NCBI GenBank assembly: GCA_963729625.1
Contig: CAVSOU010000010.1
Coordinates: forward strand, 416,001-480,000
Source: an uncultured bacterium
GTDB taxonomy: Bacteria; Chloroflexota; UBA5177; JANWHV01
Direction of reading: 5' to 3'
DNA length: 64,000 nt
Below the pieces are notes generated by a model. It saw only the letters and a list, made by a program, of their open reading frames with translations. It did not search any database and had not been told where the DNA came from. Positions 10,476-20,091 of this stretch are shown piece by piece; within the stretch, counting starts at the first letter, position 1; each line of letters opens with the position of its first letter. The position numbers were made by a program, and so were the translations under genes.

Positions 10476-10769
10476 ACGCATCACATTTCGAACTCGCTTC
10501 GCAGGCGGGCCAGTGCCTGGGCCTTGCGCGCGAGCGCTCGCTCGGCCTCAGTCTTCTTCTCTAAGTAATCGTTGCGGCTCGACGGTTTCCGTCTTGACCG
10601 TTGCTGCACACGGGTGTAACGCGTCGGGCCTAGAGTACACGCCAGCAGGAGTGCGCAAGCGCTTCCATGACTGTGCAGCCCGACCGTTCGGCCGTGGCAC
10701 GAAACGTCGATGAGGCTGCATTAGGCGCGCGGTGGTGGCGGACAGACGCCGCTCGCAAAGGAGTCAAGA

Positions 10770-11057
10770 ATGCAACCACTACGATGGCAGTCTATATGGT
10801 GGCCGGGATCCACCGCTATTCACACGCAGCAGACAGGCAGCCGGCAGACGTGCTGTGGCTTGAAGGTGCCCTCGCAACACCTCTACTGGCCTGACGACTG
10901 CGAAAAAGGCAGGTTACGTTGGTGCCATAGCTGCATCGTGGCTTCACATATTGCCGTGGCTAGCCACATCTCGAGCGTAGGCCAGATGGAGGCAGGCCGC
11001 ACATCTTCCCCAAGGCGATTAAGGCCTGCCGCGGGCACCAGGCCCTTCGTGCTTTAG
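10770..11057 (+). CDS. Small hypothetical protein with a His/Cys putative metal-binding motif
   Basis: Strong AAAGGAG RBS; H...TCCG...WCHSC arrangement. Confidence 0.5.
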   Translation: MQPLRWQSIWWPGSTAIHTQQTGSRQTCCGLKVPSQHLYWPDDCEKGRLRWCHSCIVASHIAVASHISSVGQMEAGRTSSPRRLRPAAGTRPFVL

Positions 11058-11193
11058 GCGATTACCGGGCGTGGCCGGATATTCTTCACTCCAACTGCCT
11101 GAGGACACGGGTCGAGAGGTCTGCCCTGAGCATGGCGCCGACGCGGCGGTGCATCTCGCACTGCGGCGGGCGGCCGGGCGGTTCTAGTGGCAG

Positions 11194-11601
11194 TTACCGG
11201 CGCAAGCTGGGTAGGATGATTGCAGCTAGCAGCGTGTGACCGCATGGTTCTGCAAGAGCTGAGAGCGCCGGAAGGCCACAGGGCAGGAGGGTCCAGTGAG
11301 GCAAACGCAGGAAGAACTGAGCGATCGGCACCTTCGACTGTTCTGCAACGACTGCGGAGGTGCGGTGGGCATCGTATTCGAAGTCCACTGTTGTGACGTG
11401 GATTCGCATGGCATAGTTGTTCACCCCCAAGGCAAGCAGGTAGCTCCGGCCGACTTCCCGGCGACCGCCAGCCAGCGGTTGTCCGTAGTGTTCCCCGAGC
11501 GCTCGAACCTCGTGGACCGGGGCGCATTGCTTGATCAGAACGATCCGCGGTTCTCGGGCCTGTGTGCCGAAGGTGCCCAGGTTCAGCCTGCCACGAGGCA
11601 A
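11194..11601 (-). CDS. Hypothetical protein or gene remnant
   Basis: GC-rich third codon positions in this frame; no recognised motif. Confidence 0.25.
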   Translation of the reverse strand: MPRGRLNLGTFGTQAREPRIVLIKQCAPVHEVRALGEHYGQPLAGGRREVGRSYLLALGVNNYAMRIHVTTVDFEYDAHRTSAVVAEQSKVPIAQFFLRLPHWTLLPCGLPALSALAEPCGHTLLAAIILPSLRR

Positions 11602-11867
11602 TAGGTTACCTGCCGTCCGAATCTACAATGTCGGCTCGGTGCCACAAGGCTACAACGGTTTCGCCTAACGCGGCCTGCCGGTACCGTGGGTGCGCTTGTG
11701 TTGCGCCGGCCCACGGGCCAGTCCGCGATCGCACCGGCCTGGCGCGATCGGGCACTTGCGATCGCACGCTCACGCACCGTCGACCACTATTGTCGGACAC
11801 GCCCGCCCGCACGCCTCCGGTTGAAGTCGGTCACGTTACAGCCCGCGAGCGTATGCTGAAATGAGCA

Positions 11868-14156
11868 GTGCATTCGCCTGTAGAGCGTGGGCGGCGCACT
11901 CCGTCCGTCGTTCGAGCCACCTGTGTTTCGACCGTCGAGCATCGCAGTGTTTCGTGGAGCCCGCGCGGGCATGGGGGGTTGGCGACGGCAAAGCACGGTG
12001 ACGTACGGCAGCCGGGCGCTCACAGCCGGGGGGGTTCTCAGCACAGCAGGCTCAGGCCGGAAAGACGACCAGGGTCTTGCCGAGGCGCCTGCCTAGGGGT
12101 TCTGTCGCTGATTTTGTGCCTGGCGCTCGCGCAGGGCTCAGACCTGTGGACACATGCAGCTGGCTTGCTCTCCCCGGGTCCGGCGCAGGCTGTCTCTTCC
12201 TCCTCAGGGCGGGAGTCGGCTGCCGCCGCTCTCCGGAGCACGGCGACGGCGACTGCTACCCGCACGGCAACGCGAACACCGACCAACACCGCCACCCGCA
12301 CGGCAACACGGGTGCCGACGAGCACGCCCGCTCGGACGGCGACCCGCACGGCCACGCGCGTCCCGAGTAGCACGGCAAGCCGCACGAGCACCAAGACGCC
12401 CACCAGCAGTGCGACCTCCACTCCCACAAACACGGCAACAGCCACGAGTTCCGTGACGCCCACCGGCAGTGCGACCTTCACTCCCGCAAACACGGCAACA
12501 GCCACGAGTTCCGTGACGCCAACGTATACGTGGACGAACACCGCTACTGCCAGCAGTACGCCGACGGCCACCGACACGGCCAGCGGCACGGCCAGCGGCA
12601 CGCCCACAGACACGGCTAGCGCTACGCCTCCGGACACAGCGACTGACCCCCCTGCAGCCACCGACACGGCCAGCAGCACGCCCACAGACACGGCCAGCAG
12701 CACGTCCACAGACACGGCTAGCGCTACGCCTACGGACACAGCCACTGACCCCCCTAAGGCCACTGACATTGCCACCAATACACTCACCGCCAGCGACACC
12801 CCGACGGCCACCGACACTGCCAGCAATACACTCACGGATACTGTTAGCGACACGCCGGAGGACCCGGCGAGCGACACGCCGGCAGACACCGCCACGGCAA
12901 TCAATACGCCGACGGACGACCCCACCGCCGGCGATACGCCCGCAAATACGGCTAGCGATAGCCCGACAGATGCTGGCACGAGTGCAGCGACGCTGACGCC
13001 GACGTTGACGAGCAGCGCCACGGTCACTACCACGCCGACCTTCACCGCCACGAATAGACCTACCAGCTCCGCAACACCCACCAGCAGCTCTACCGACGTA
13101 GCTCGCCCCGTCTGGACCGTGCGCGTGATGGGCCTGACAGCCCAGACGCATGACACTGTCTGCAATCAGCACAGCCAGGCAGATATAAGCCGCTTGGTCG
13201 GCTACATCCCCCAGTTTCACGCCAATTACGCGTCCGATGATGTGCCTTTTGACGATGCCGCTGGCTATGCGTGCACCTTCGGCTCGGGAAACGCGCCTCT
13301 GCAGCCTTACCAGTACATGCTGAGCTGGGCCAATACGATCCATGCCGCGGGCCTCAACGTGATCTTTCGCGGCAACTGGAACAATTGGGCCGGAGACTTC
13401 GGCCGGCCGAAGCTGTCCTATAGCACCAATCCCTCTATCCCCTATGAGGGGCCCGGAGGCCTCGCGGCCGTGCTCGACAATAGTGACACAAGCTCATATA
13501 TCGGCATGACCTACCAATGGATCCTTAACCATGCCGACATCTTCCAGGACGGCGACATCTTCGAGCCCTTCGGCGAGCCTCAGAACAACGGTATCGCCAG
13601 CTGTGCGCCGCAAGCAGGCTACAGCAGTTGCTACGGCACCAGCGCCGGAAACTGCCCCAGCGGTATCTGCCAGTTCCCTGACGTGCCCAGCTTCAACCGC
13701 TGGCTGAGCGACTTCACACAGGCCGACCAAGCGGCCTTCCAGAAGATCGGCAAGAAGGTGTCCTCCGGCTGGTTCGGCTTGGCCGGAGACTCCTACAAGT
13801 ACGTGGACTCCACCTCGCTCGCATACAGCAATGCCTACAGCATGGATCACTTCGCGCAAAGCTTCGCGGGCTTCACGAGCGGCATCCTGAATAGCCACGG
13901 TGCGTTCCCTTCACTGCCTATCACCCTCCAATGGGGCGACATCAATGGCGCGGACAACACGCCGCAGTTAGTCGCCATCACGACGGACCAGTACCTGGGC
14001 TGGCTCGCCACGCAACCATACGTGTCAGGCGTCGAGTACTGGTATCTTGCCGGACAGGATGATCTCGCGCAGTCCGCCGCGGTCGACATCAACACAGGCC
14101 AGATGACGCCTGCTGGGCAGATCCTCGCCAAGTGGTTCGCCGCCGGGTCGGGCTGA
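11868..14156 (+). CDS. Secreted protein: long Thr/Ser/Pro/Asp-rich linker plus a C-terminal glycoside-hydrolase-like domain
   Basis: Hydrophobic LGVLSLILCLALAQG, ~290 aa of T/P/S repeats, then an aromatic-rich domain (VIFRGNWNNW, FEPFGEPQNN, VSGVEYWY). Start codon uncertain. Confidence 0.75.
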   Translation: MHSPVERGRRTPSVVRATCVSTVEHRSVSWSPRGHGGLATAKHGDVRQPGAHSRGGSQHSRLRPERRPGSCRGACLGVLSLILCLALAQGSDLWTHAAGLLSPGPAQAVSSSSGRESAAAALRSTATATATRTATRTPTNTATRTATRVPTSTPARTATRTATRVPSSTASRTSTKTPTSSATSTPTNTATATSSVTPTGSATFTPANTATATSSVTPTYTWTNTATASSTPTATDTASGTASGTPTDTASATPPDTATDPPAATDTASSTPTDTASSTSTDTASATPTDTATDPPKATDIATNTLTASDTPTATDTASNTLTDTVSDTPEDPASDTPADTATAINTPTDDPTAGDTPANTASDSPTDAGTSAATLTPTLTSSATVTTTPTFTATNRPTSSATPTSSSTDVARPVWTVRVMGLTAQTHDTVCNQHSQADISRLVGYIPQFHANYASDDVPFDDAAGYACTFGSGNAPLQPYQYMLSWANTIHAAGLNVIFRGNWNNWAGDFGRPKLSYSTNPSIPYEGPGGLAAVLDNSDTSSYIGMTYQWILNHADIFQDGDIFEPFGEPQNNGIASCAPQAGYSSCYGTSAGNCPSGICQFPDVPSFNRWLSDFTQADQAAFQKIGKKVSSGWFGLAGDSYKYVDSTSLAYSNAYSMDHFAQSFAGFTSGILNSHGAFPSLPITLQWGDINGADNTPQLVAITTDQYLGWLATQPYVSGVEYWYLAGQDDLAQSAAVDINTGQMTPAGQILAKWFAAGSG
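12400..12520 (+). repeat. 60-bp tandem duplication within the T/P-rich coding linker
   Basis: Two near-identical copies of ...CAGTGCGACCT(C/T)CACTCCC(A/G)CAAACACGGCAACAGCCACGAGTTCCGTGACGCC. Confidence 0.85.
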
Positions 14157-14271
14157 GGTCTCGCCGCGCTACGACTCGCTCCGGGCGGGCGTGCACAGGT
14201 GAATGTCACCTGCCTGCGACGTGTGCGGCTTAAGAGTATTGAAGCTGCGCAACTGCGGTCGAGCCCGTCAT

Positions 14272-14667
14272 CTACTGATCGCTACGCAGGACCGTGTAGG
14301 CCCTATCAAGGGCGTCCAGCGTATCGTTGGCTCCCGGATCGGCGGCAATCAGCGCGCGCAATGCGTCGTACCGCTGAACGATATCGTCCTTTGGCGTCCC
14401 AACTGATAGACCAAGAATGTTGAGCGCGCGCAGACGCACGTTGTATCGCGCTATCCACTCGTTCCGAACACGTTCCAGGTCCAGCTCGGAACGCGAGCGC
14501 GGCTTCCTCCGCCGTTCACTTCTCTCGAACTGCGCCTGATCCTGCTGGCCGCGACGTGGCTTGCGCCAGAAAGGAATATACCAACCCGTATTGCGTCCGC
14601 CGCTCGCCTGGTGGCGTCGCGGCTGACGTTTTTGGCTCGCTTCCGGCGTTGACTCGTCCTCGGCCAG
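14272..14667 (-). CDS. Unlisted 131-aa ORF with a C-terminal J-domain-like segment; probable CTG start
   Basis: Open frame from GGAG-N7-CTG (14667) to TAG; C-terminus ALNILGLSVGTPKDDIVQRYDALRALIAADPGANDTLDALDRAYTVLRSDQ. Confidence 0.55.
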   Translation of the reverse strand: MAEDESTPEASQKRQPRRHQASGGRNTGWYIPFWRKPRRGQQDQAQFERSERRRKPRSRSELDLERVRNEWIARYNVRLRALNILGLSVGTPKDDIVQRYDALRALIAADPGANDTLDALDRAYTVLRSDQ

Positions 14668-14858
14668 TTCAGTGCTCCAACATGCCGTTCAATGCGCAGA
14701 GGCAAACGGAAACTGGGTCCTACCCACCTAGGGAGTAGCGTAACATACCTTGCCCGAGTCCGACCGAGAAACTGAAGAGCTAGCTTGATGCACGTCGTTG
14801 TGTGTGCTCGTTGACGGTGCAGGTGAGCCGGAAGGCGCTCCTGTCGGCCTCCAACAGG

Positions 14859-15167
14859 TCAGGCGCTGAGCACGGAGCTGCACGTGAAGGGGATGTCATG
14901 CTCAACGCGAACGGCGCCAGGACCTCGGTACAACAGCGAAGCCTCGCCTTGACAGTGCACGCAGTTGGCAGTCACCCTGCCGTCGGAGTCATACATCCAC
15001 TCAGTGAGCTGGTGACCAAACTGCCGTGCCGAGCACAGAAGCGCCATGCGGAGCGTGGAAGTCTCGACTGCGACAGCAGACGCCGTCGCATGCACGCCAG
15101 AGCCGGCATGCCCTAGTTCAGCTGCCAGGTTGATTCGAAGCAGGCGAGTATAGGTTGCTTGATTCAC
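14859..15167 (-). CDS. Small hypothetical protein with GHQL...CVHC motif
   Basis: GGAGG RBS before the GTG; CxxC plus His and Cys residues. Confidence 0.65.
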   Translation of the reverse strand: MNQATYTRLLRINLAAELGHAGSGVHATASAVAVETSTLRMALLCSARQFGHQLTEWMYDSDGRVTANCVHCQGEASLLYRGPGAVRVEHDIPFTCSSVLSA

Positions 15168-15396
15168 AATGCCTCCACTTAGCTGTTTGAGACCGTGTCA
15201 GGCGTGAAGAAGGAGTGGGGCTGGAGCTAGTCGATGGAGCTTCATTGAACCCACACGGCTCAGCCGCTTGGGGCGCCAGGCCATCTCCCGTGCTCGTATC
15301 CCACGCGCATCCTCTCACAAGCGAGACGCGCGCAATACACCCATTGGAGTAGTGCTCTAACAGGGAGGCTCATCGCCTTGGAATGCTTGAACCTGA

Positions 15397-16407
15397 CTAG
15401 CGTCGTGCTAGCTGCACGTCGCGCTCGCGCGGAAGACTGAACCACGCCTCGTCGCACGCTGCCTGCACCTCGGAATTCAGGACGGTCGCCACGCCTTTCA
15501 GACTCTCCTCGAGCTGTTCCGGGCGGCTCGCACCGACAATCGCGCTTGTTATGCCTGGTTTGCAGAGGACCCATGCCAGTGCCACGTGCACCAGCTTGTG
15601 GCCGCGCTCTTGCACGAACGCGTCGAGCCGGTCGACCACGTCGAAGACGTCCTCTTTCCAATACCGCCGGCGGTACAAATCGCCTGCACCCTCCAGGGCG
15701 AAACGAGTGCCGTCGGCCAGTTCTCGGCTGTGGCGATAGCGGCCGGTCAGCATGCCGCCTGCAAGAGGGTTGTATGCGATCACCCCAACACCATGCTCGA
15801 TGCACAGCGGAAGTACCTCATCCTCGATCATCCGGAACAGCAAATTGTAGCGAGGCTGATCGCACTCGAATCGAGCCAGGTCATGCCCGGAGCTGGTCCA
15901 CAGCGCATCAGCCAGGCGCCAGGCAGGGAAGTTCGAGCAGCCGATGTACCGTACCTTTCCGCTGCATACCAGCGAATCGAGAGCGCGCAGCGTCTCTTCG
16001 ATCGGCGTGGAGCGATCGGGCGCGTGTACCTGGTAGAGATCGATGTAATCCGTGCCAAGCCTGCGGAGACTCGCCTCGCATGCCGCGATGATATGCTTGC
16101 GAGACAGGCCTTCATCGTTCGGCAGGGGTCCCATGCGGCCGAAGCATTTCGTCGCAAGCACCACGCGGTCACGCGCGTGCCGTTCTCTCAGCCAATCGCC
16201 GACTATCTGCTCGGTCCGCCCCACGGTTGCAAGCGATCCACCGAGTGGGTAGACGTCGGCGGTATCGAAGAAGTTGATTCCCGCCGCATCGGCCACGTCC
16301 ATGATGGAGAACGACGCCGGCGCATCGGCTTGATTGCCAAACGTCATGGTACCCAGGCAGACCTCACTCACTTTGAGGCCCGTACGCCCGACTTGTTTGA
16401 TCTTCAC
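15397..16407 (-). CDS. Aldo/keto reductase
   Basis: GLKVSEVCLGTMTFG, FFDTADVY, LATK, DYIDLYQVH, YIGCSN, YNPLAGG; GGAGGG RBS before GTG 16407. Confidence 0.95.
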   Translation of the reverse strand: MKIKQVGRTGLKVSEVCLGTMTFGNQADAPASFSIMDVADAAGINFFDTADVYPLGGSLATVGRTEQIVGDWLRERHARDRVVLATKCFGRMGPLPNDEGLSRKHIIAACEASLRRLGTDYIDLYQVHAPDRSTPIEETLRALDSLVCSGKVRYIGCSNFPAWRLADALWTSSGHDLARFECDQPRYNLLFRMIEDEVLPLCIEHGVGVIAYNPLAGGMLTGRYRHSRELADGTRFALEGAGDLYRRRYWKEDVFDVVDRLDAFVQERGHKLVHVALAWVLCKPGITSAIVGASRPEQLEESLKGVATVLNSEVQAACDEAWFSLPRERDVQLARR

Positions 16408-16423
16408 CGCTTGCCCTCCGCCA

Positions 16424-17620
16424 CTAAGCGCTGCGCCCATCTGGCTCGATGGTCCCATTTTCACCATGGCCGATCAGGTAATCCACGATGAGCTTCGCTG
16501 TAGCAGTGCATCCGCGCACGAAGCCAAAGAACGGCCCGAAGTCTCGCGTGGACGCCAAGCCCGCAAAAAAGAGGCCTGGCAAACTCGACTGAAATACCTC
16601 GTCCAGCACAGGATAGCCATCCGCAACCTGGAGTCGAGACATGACGGAGTAGTCCGACAGCAGTTGCATGCGCCCGACGTCCACCGTATAACCGGTGGCC
16701 AGCACGACAAAATCGACTCGCAGACGCGACTGATTGTCGAGATGCACATCGATTTGACCGTCGGCGGTCACGCGACAACTGGTTACACTGCGTCGCGGCC
16801 ACGACAGGATACCTTCGCGCCCTAGGCGCTCCCACAGCCAGGGCTCGAGCTTGAGCTTGGCTTCCTCCCAGAATTGCATCTCGACCGCCTGCCGATCGCC
16901 TTCTGACAAGTTTCGATACCAGCCGGGGGCCAGCAACATTTCTTCGACATGCCTGCCGATCCAGGACCAGTCAGACGCCTCGAATCGCGGGGTGTCGTGC
17001 CTGAACACGACATGCACCTCCGCGCCACACTCCTCATTGATCAACGCCGCCCACTCAAATGCACTCTGTCTTCCACCGACGATAAGGCATCGCTTGCCGC
17101 GCAAAGCCGAGAAGTCAACCAAATCGCAGGTGTGCGCAAAGCGCTCCGGGGGCAGACCGGCGACAATCTCGCGCGGGATGTGCTTGTGCGGTTTGTATCC
17201 GGTCGCGATCACGACGTGCCTGGCTGTTATCGGAGCTCCGTCAGCCAGAGTCGCTTCGAACGCCGGACCGTCCCGTCGCAACGAGGCCACGCAGTCCTGC
17301 ACTACGTCGAGCCCACTTCGCGACCGAAACCACTCGGCGTAGTCGAGGAAGAGGTGGACGGGAATGGGCAGCACCTGCGACGGATCGAGGGAAAGCTCGT
17401 GAAGGTACGCTTCAAATGTGAGCGTGTCGAACGCATCCAAGTGCCAGCTAACGCCCGATCGGAGCAGCATGCGCGCTGGCATATTGTGCTTCCAAAAGCC
17501 CATGGTCTCTCCGACGATGGACGTCCTGATGCCGCGCCGCATGGCGCACGCGGCGATGCTCAACCCGTAGGGTCCAGCCCCTACGACCAGCAGATCGACC
17601 TCAGTCACACGATGCTCCAT
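16424..17620 (-). CDS. FAD/NAD(P)-dependent oxidoreductase (flavoprotein monooxygenase-like)
   Basis: VVGAGPYGLS, IATG, IVGGRQSAFE, LATGY, LFFAG. Confidence 0.85.
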   Translation of the reverse strand: MEHRVTEVDLLVVGAGPYGLSIAACAMRRGIRTSIVGETMGFWKHNMPARMLLRSGVSWHLDAFDTLTFEAYLHELSLDPSQVLPIPVHLFLDYAEWFRSRSGLDVVQDCVASLRRDGPAFEATLADGAPITARHVVIATGYKPHKHIPREIVAGLPPERFAHTCDLVDFSALRGKRCLIVGGRQSAFEWAALINEECGAEVHVVFRHDTPRFEASDWSWIGRHVEEMLLAPGWYRNLSEGDRQAVEMQFWEEAKLKLEPWLWERLGREGILSWPRRSVTSCRVTADGQIDVHLDNQSRLRVDFVVLATGYTVDVGRMQLLSDYSVMSRLQVADGYPVLDEVFQSSLPGLFFAGLASTRDFGPFFGFVRGCTATAKLIVDYLIGHGENGTIEPDGRSA

Positions 17621-18006
17621 CGCGCGCCACAATCGGTCATGGGTGCGCCTCCCTGCCCATCCAATTCCGCGGTGTCATTCCTGCTCATTCCATATGTCCC
17701 ACGAATCGGGACTTCCGCCAATCGTCTGTGGCGCTCATTGCGATCGCGGCAGCGCCCGCACGCCATCGCGACCGGTTCATCGGCCGTCGCGCCGACGCCG
17801 CGGATCGCGGTTGATCGGACACAACCTAGCACGATTGACAACCGCTGATCAACAAGGTCGACATTCGCGGACAACAACACGCCGGCACGCTGCTGCACGC
17901 AGCGCACTATTCTACTGCTCGGGTGAATCTCTGCTTGATGGCTGGTGCCCGAGCCGCTGTACTATAGAGGTCAGTTGAGCCATCGACGGCTCTGATGGAG
18001 GAGAAC

Positions 18007-19470
18007 ATGACGACAGTTGTCCCTCGGCCTTCAAGCATAACGGGAGCCACGCCGGCGTTGCGCCCCCTTACCTTCGGCGTCATTATCAGTAACCGCCGGG
18101 GGTTCCCGGCTCGTCTCGCCCTCAGCGGGCGCAAAACGGTACTCGATGTCCTGGCCCAGGCAGGCATCCAGGCAGTCATACCGGGGGAGAGCGAAACGCG
18201 GTTTGGTGCAGTCGAATCGTTGCAGGAGGCGCAGATCTGCGCGGATGTGTTCCGGCAACATCGAGACCAGATCGACGGCGTGCTGGTGTCGTTGCCTAAT
18301 TTTGGTGACGAGCGCGCCGTGGCCAATACGCTACGTCTGGCCGAGCTAAACGTGCCCGTGTTGGTTCAAGCGTTTCCGGACGACCAGGCGGACATGGGTC
18401 CAGGTGAGCGCCGTGACAGCTTCTGCGGCAAGGTAAGCGTGTGCAACAACTTGCAGCAATACGGACTGTCATTCACTTTGACCGACGCTCACACTGTTGA
18501 TCCGGCCGACGAGGAATTCGCTGCCGACCTGCGCCAGTTTGCCGCGGTGTGCCGGGTGGTTCGCGGCTTGCGTCGCATGCGGATCGGTATGCTCGGTGCG
18601 CGGACCACAGCATTCAATACCGTGCGGTTCAGTGAGAAGATCCTCGAGCGGCAGGGCATCAGCGTGGACACGCTCGATCTTTCCGAGGCATATGGCCGGA
18701 TCGAGCGCCTGGGCGATGCTGATCCCGAAGTAGCAGCCAAGGTGCAAAGCATCTCCGGTTACGTGGACACACGCAAAATATCCGGCGCATCACTGACCAA
18801 GCTGGCGAAGCTCGGTGTTGTCGTGGACCGCTGGATGAACGATTCGGGGCTCGACGGCACAGCCATCCAGTGCTGGACCTCGATGCAAGAGTACTTCGGC
18901 GTGGCGCCATGCACCGTGATGAGCATGGCCAGCAACAGTTTGATGCCCTCCGCCTGCGAGACGGACATAGCCGGCACGATCAGCATGTATGCCCTTGCAC
19001 TGGCGTCTGGCGAGCCAAGCGCCCTCGTGGATTGGAACAACAATTACGGCAAAGACCGGGACAAGGCGGTCGTATTCCACTGTTCCAATCTGCCCAAAAA
19101 GGTCTTCGTCGACGTAATGCCGCGAATGGAGCGCATGGCGGTGCACTCGCCGACCATACCGGATGACAACACGGCAGGCGCGATATTTGGACGAGTGCGG
19201 GAGAATCCGTTCACCTATCTGCGCGTGGCCACGGACGACCTGCAGGGAACGATGCGCGCGTACCTGGGCGAAGGCGAGTTTACCGCGGATCCCCTGTCCA
19301 CCTTTGGTGGCTACGGCGTCGTGCGCGTACCGCGTCTGCAGGAGCTGATGCGCTTTATCTGCAAGCATGGCTTCGAGCATCATGTCGCGGTGAACCAGGC
19401 AAGGGTCGCGGCCGCGGTGAACGAGGCGCTGACAAACTATTTGGGCTGGTCAGTCTACTGCCATGAGTGA
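18007..19470 (+). CDS. L-fucose/L-arabinose isomerase family protein
   Basis: LPNFGDE, RRDSFCGK, AIQCW, ACETD, FHCSN, GFEHHVA; GGAGGAG RBS before ATG 18007. Confidence 0.9.
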   Translation: MTTVVPRPSSITGATPALRPLTFGVIISNRRGFPARLALSGRKTVLDVLAQAGIQAVIPGESETRFGAVESLQEAQICADVFRQHRDQIDGVLVSLPNFGDERAVANTLRLAELNVPVLVQAFPDDQADMGPGERRDSFCGKVSVCNNLQQYGLSFTLTDAHTVDPADEEFAADLRQFAAVCRVVRGLRRMRIGMLGARTTAFNTVRFSEKILERQGISVDTLDLSEAYGRIERLGDADPEVAAKVQSISGYVDTRKISGASLTKLAKLGVVVDRWMNDSGLDGTAIQCWTSMQEYFGVAPCTVMSMASNSLMPSACETDIAGTISMYALALASGEPSALVDWNNNYGKDRDKAVVFHCSNLPKKVFVDVMPRMERMAVHSPTIPDDNTAGAIFGRVRENPFTYLRVATDDLQGTMRAYLGEGEFTADPLSTFGGYGVVRVPRLQELMRFICKHGFEHHVAVNQARVAAAVNEALTNYLGWSVYCHE

Positions 19471-19496
19471 GGTCCCGGCGTTCCGGCGCCCGCCCC

Positions 19497-19525
19497 TTGA
19501 CGGCGTGACTCCGGCACAGTATGCT
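19497..19525 (+). promoter_or_regulatory. Sigma70-type promoter upstream of the sugar ABC operon
   Basis: TTGACG-N17-TATGCT. Confidence 0.55.
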
Positions 19526-19635
19526 CAAACCGCCTGATGCTAGGTAATCGTGCCCCAATCCAGTGACCTCACGGTCATGACGGCCCGGCGATTTCTGAAT
19601 CGTTCACGTGGTTGTGCGCAAGGGGGATCGCGGTC

Positions 19636-19880
19636 ATGGACCTTCGCAAGCTGGGCGAGCGTGGACAAGAAATCTCTGTTCATGGCTGCGGAACCTGGGC
19701 GTTGGAAGCGCCCGCTGGCGGCCCTGGGTCTGTGGTCCATGGAACGTCGCTGAGTCGATCGCGGCGGTGCGACGCGGGCTCGGTTCTGCGATTGCGTGGA
19801 ACGACACAGCCCCAGGCAAGGGTCTTGGCCACTCCGGTGAGATCATAGGCGGCGTTGTGGGCGCGAGGAGAAGGCATGAT
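19636..19880 (+). pseudogene. Frameshifted N-terminal remnant of an aldo/keto reductase
   Basis: MDLRKLGERGQEISVHGCGTWAL, then in another frame AESIAAVRRGLGSAIAWNDTAPGKGLGHSGEIIG (cf. INWIDTAPVYGLGHSEEVVG). Confidence 0.7.
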
Positions 19881-20091
19881 CGTGTAGCCGGCCCGAGCAT
19901 GCGTGGAAGCACGTTCATGCGCGGTTCAATGGGCCGGTGGTACAGTAGATGTGCGGATGGCGCAACAACGCGGAAGGGGGGTGTTAGCGGGTCTATCGAA
20001 ATGCACTACTCAAGGAATTCGTTCGATTCCTCGGCGGCGACGATGCCGAATGGCCTGGCTACATTGAGCCAGCAAGTCAAGGAGAAGATCT

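Noticed and set aside
12038-13343. Long minus-strand ORFs (375 and 379 aa)
   Set aside because: Antisense shadows of the Thr/Pro repeat linker (Val/Ala/Gly- or Arg-rich).
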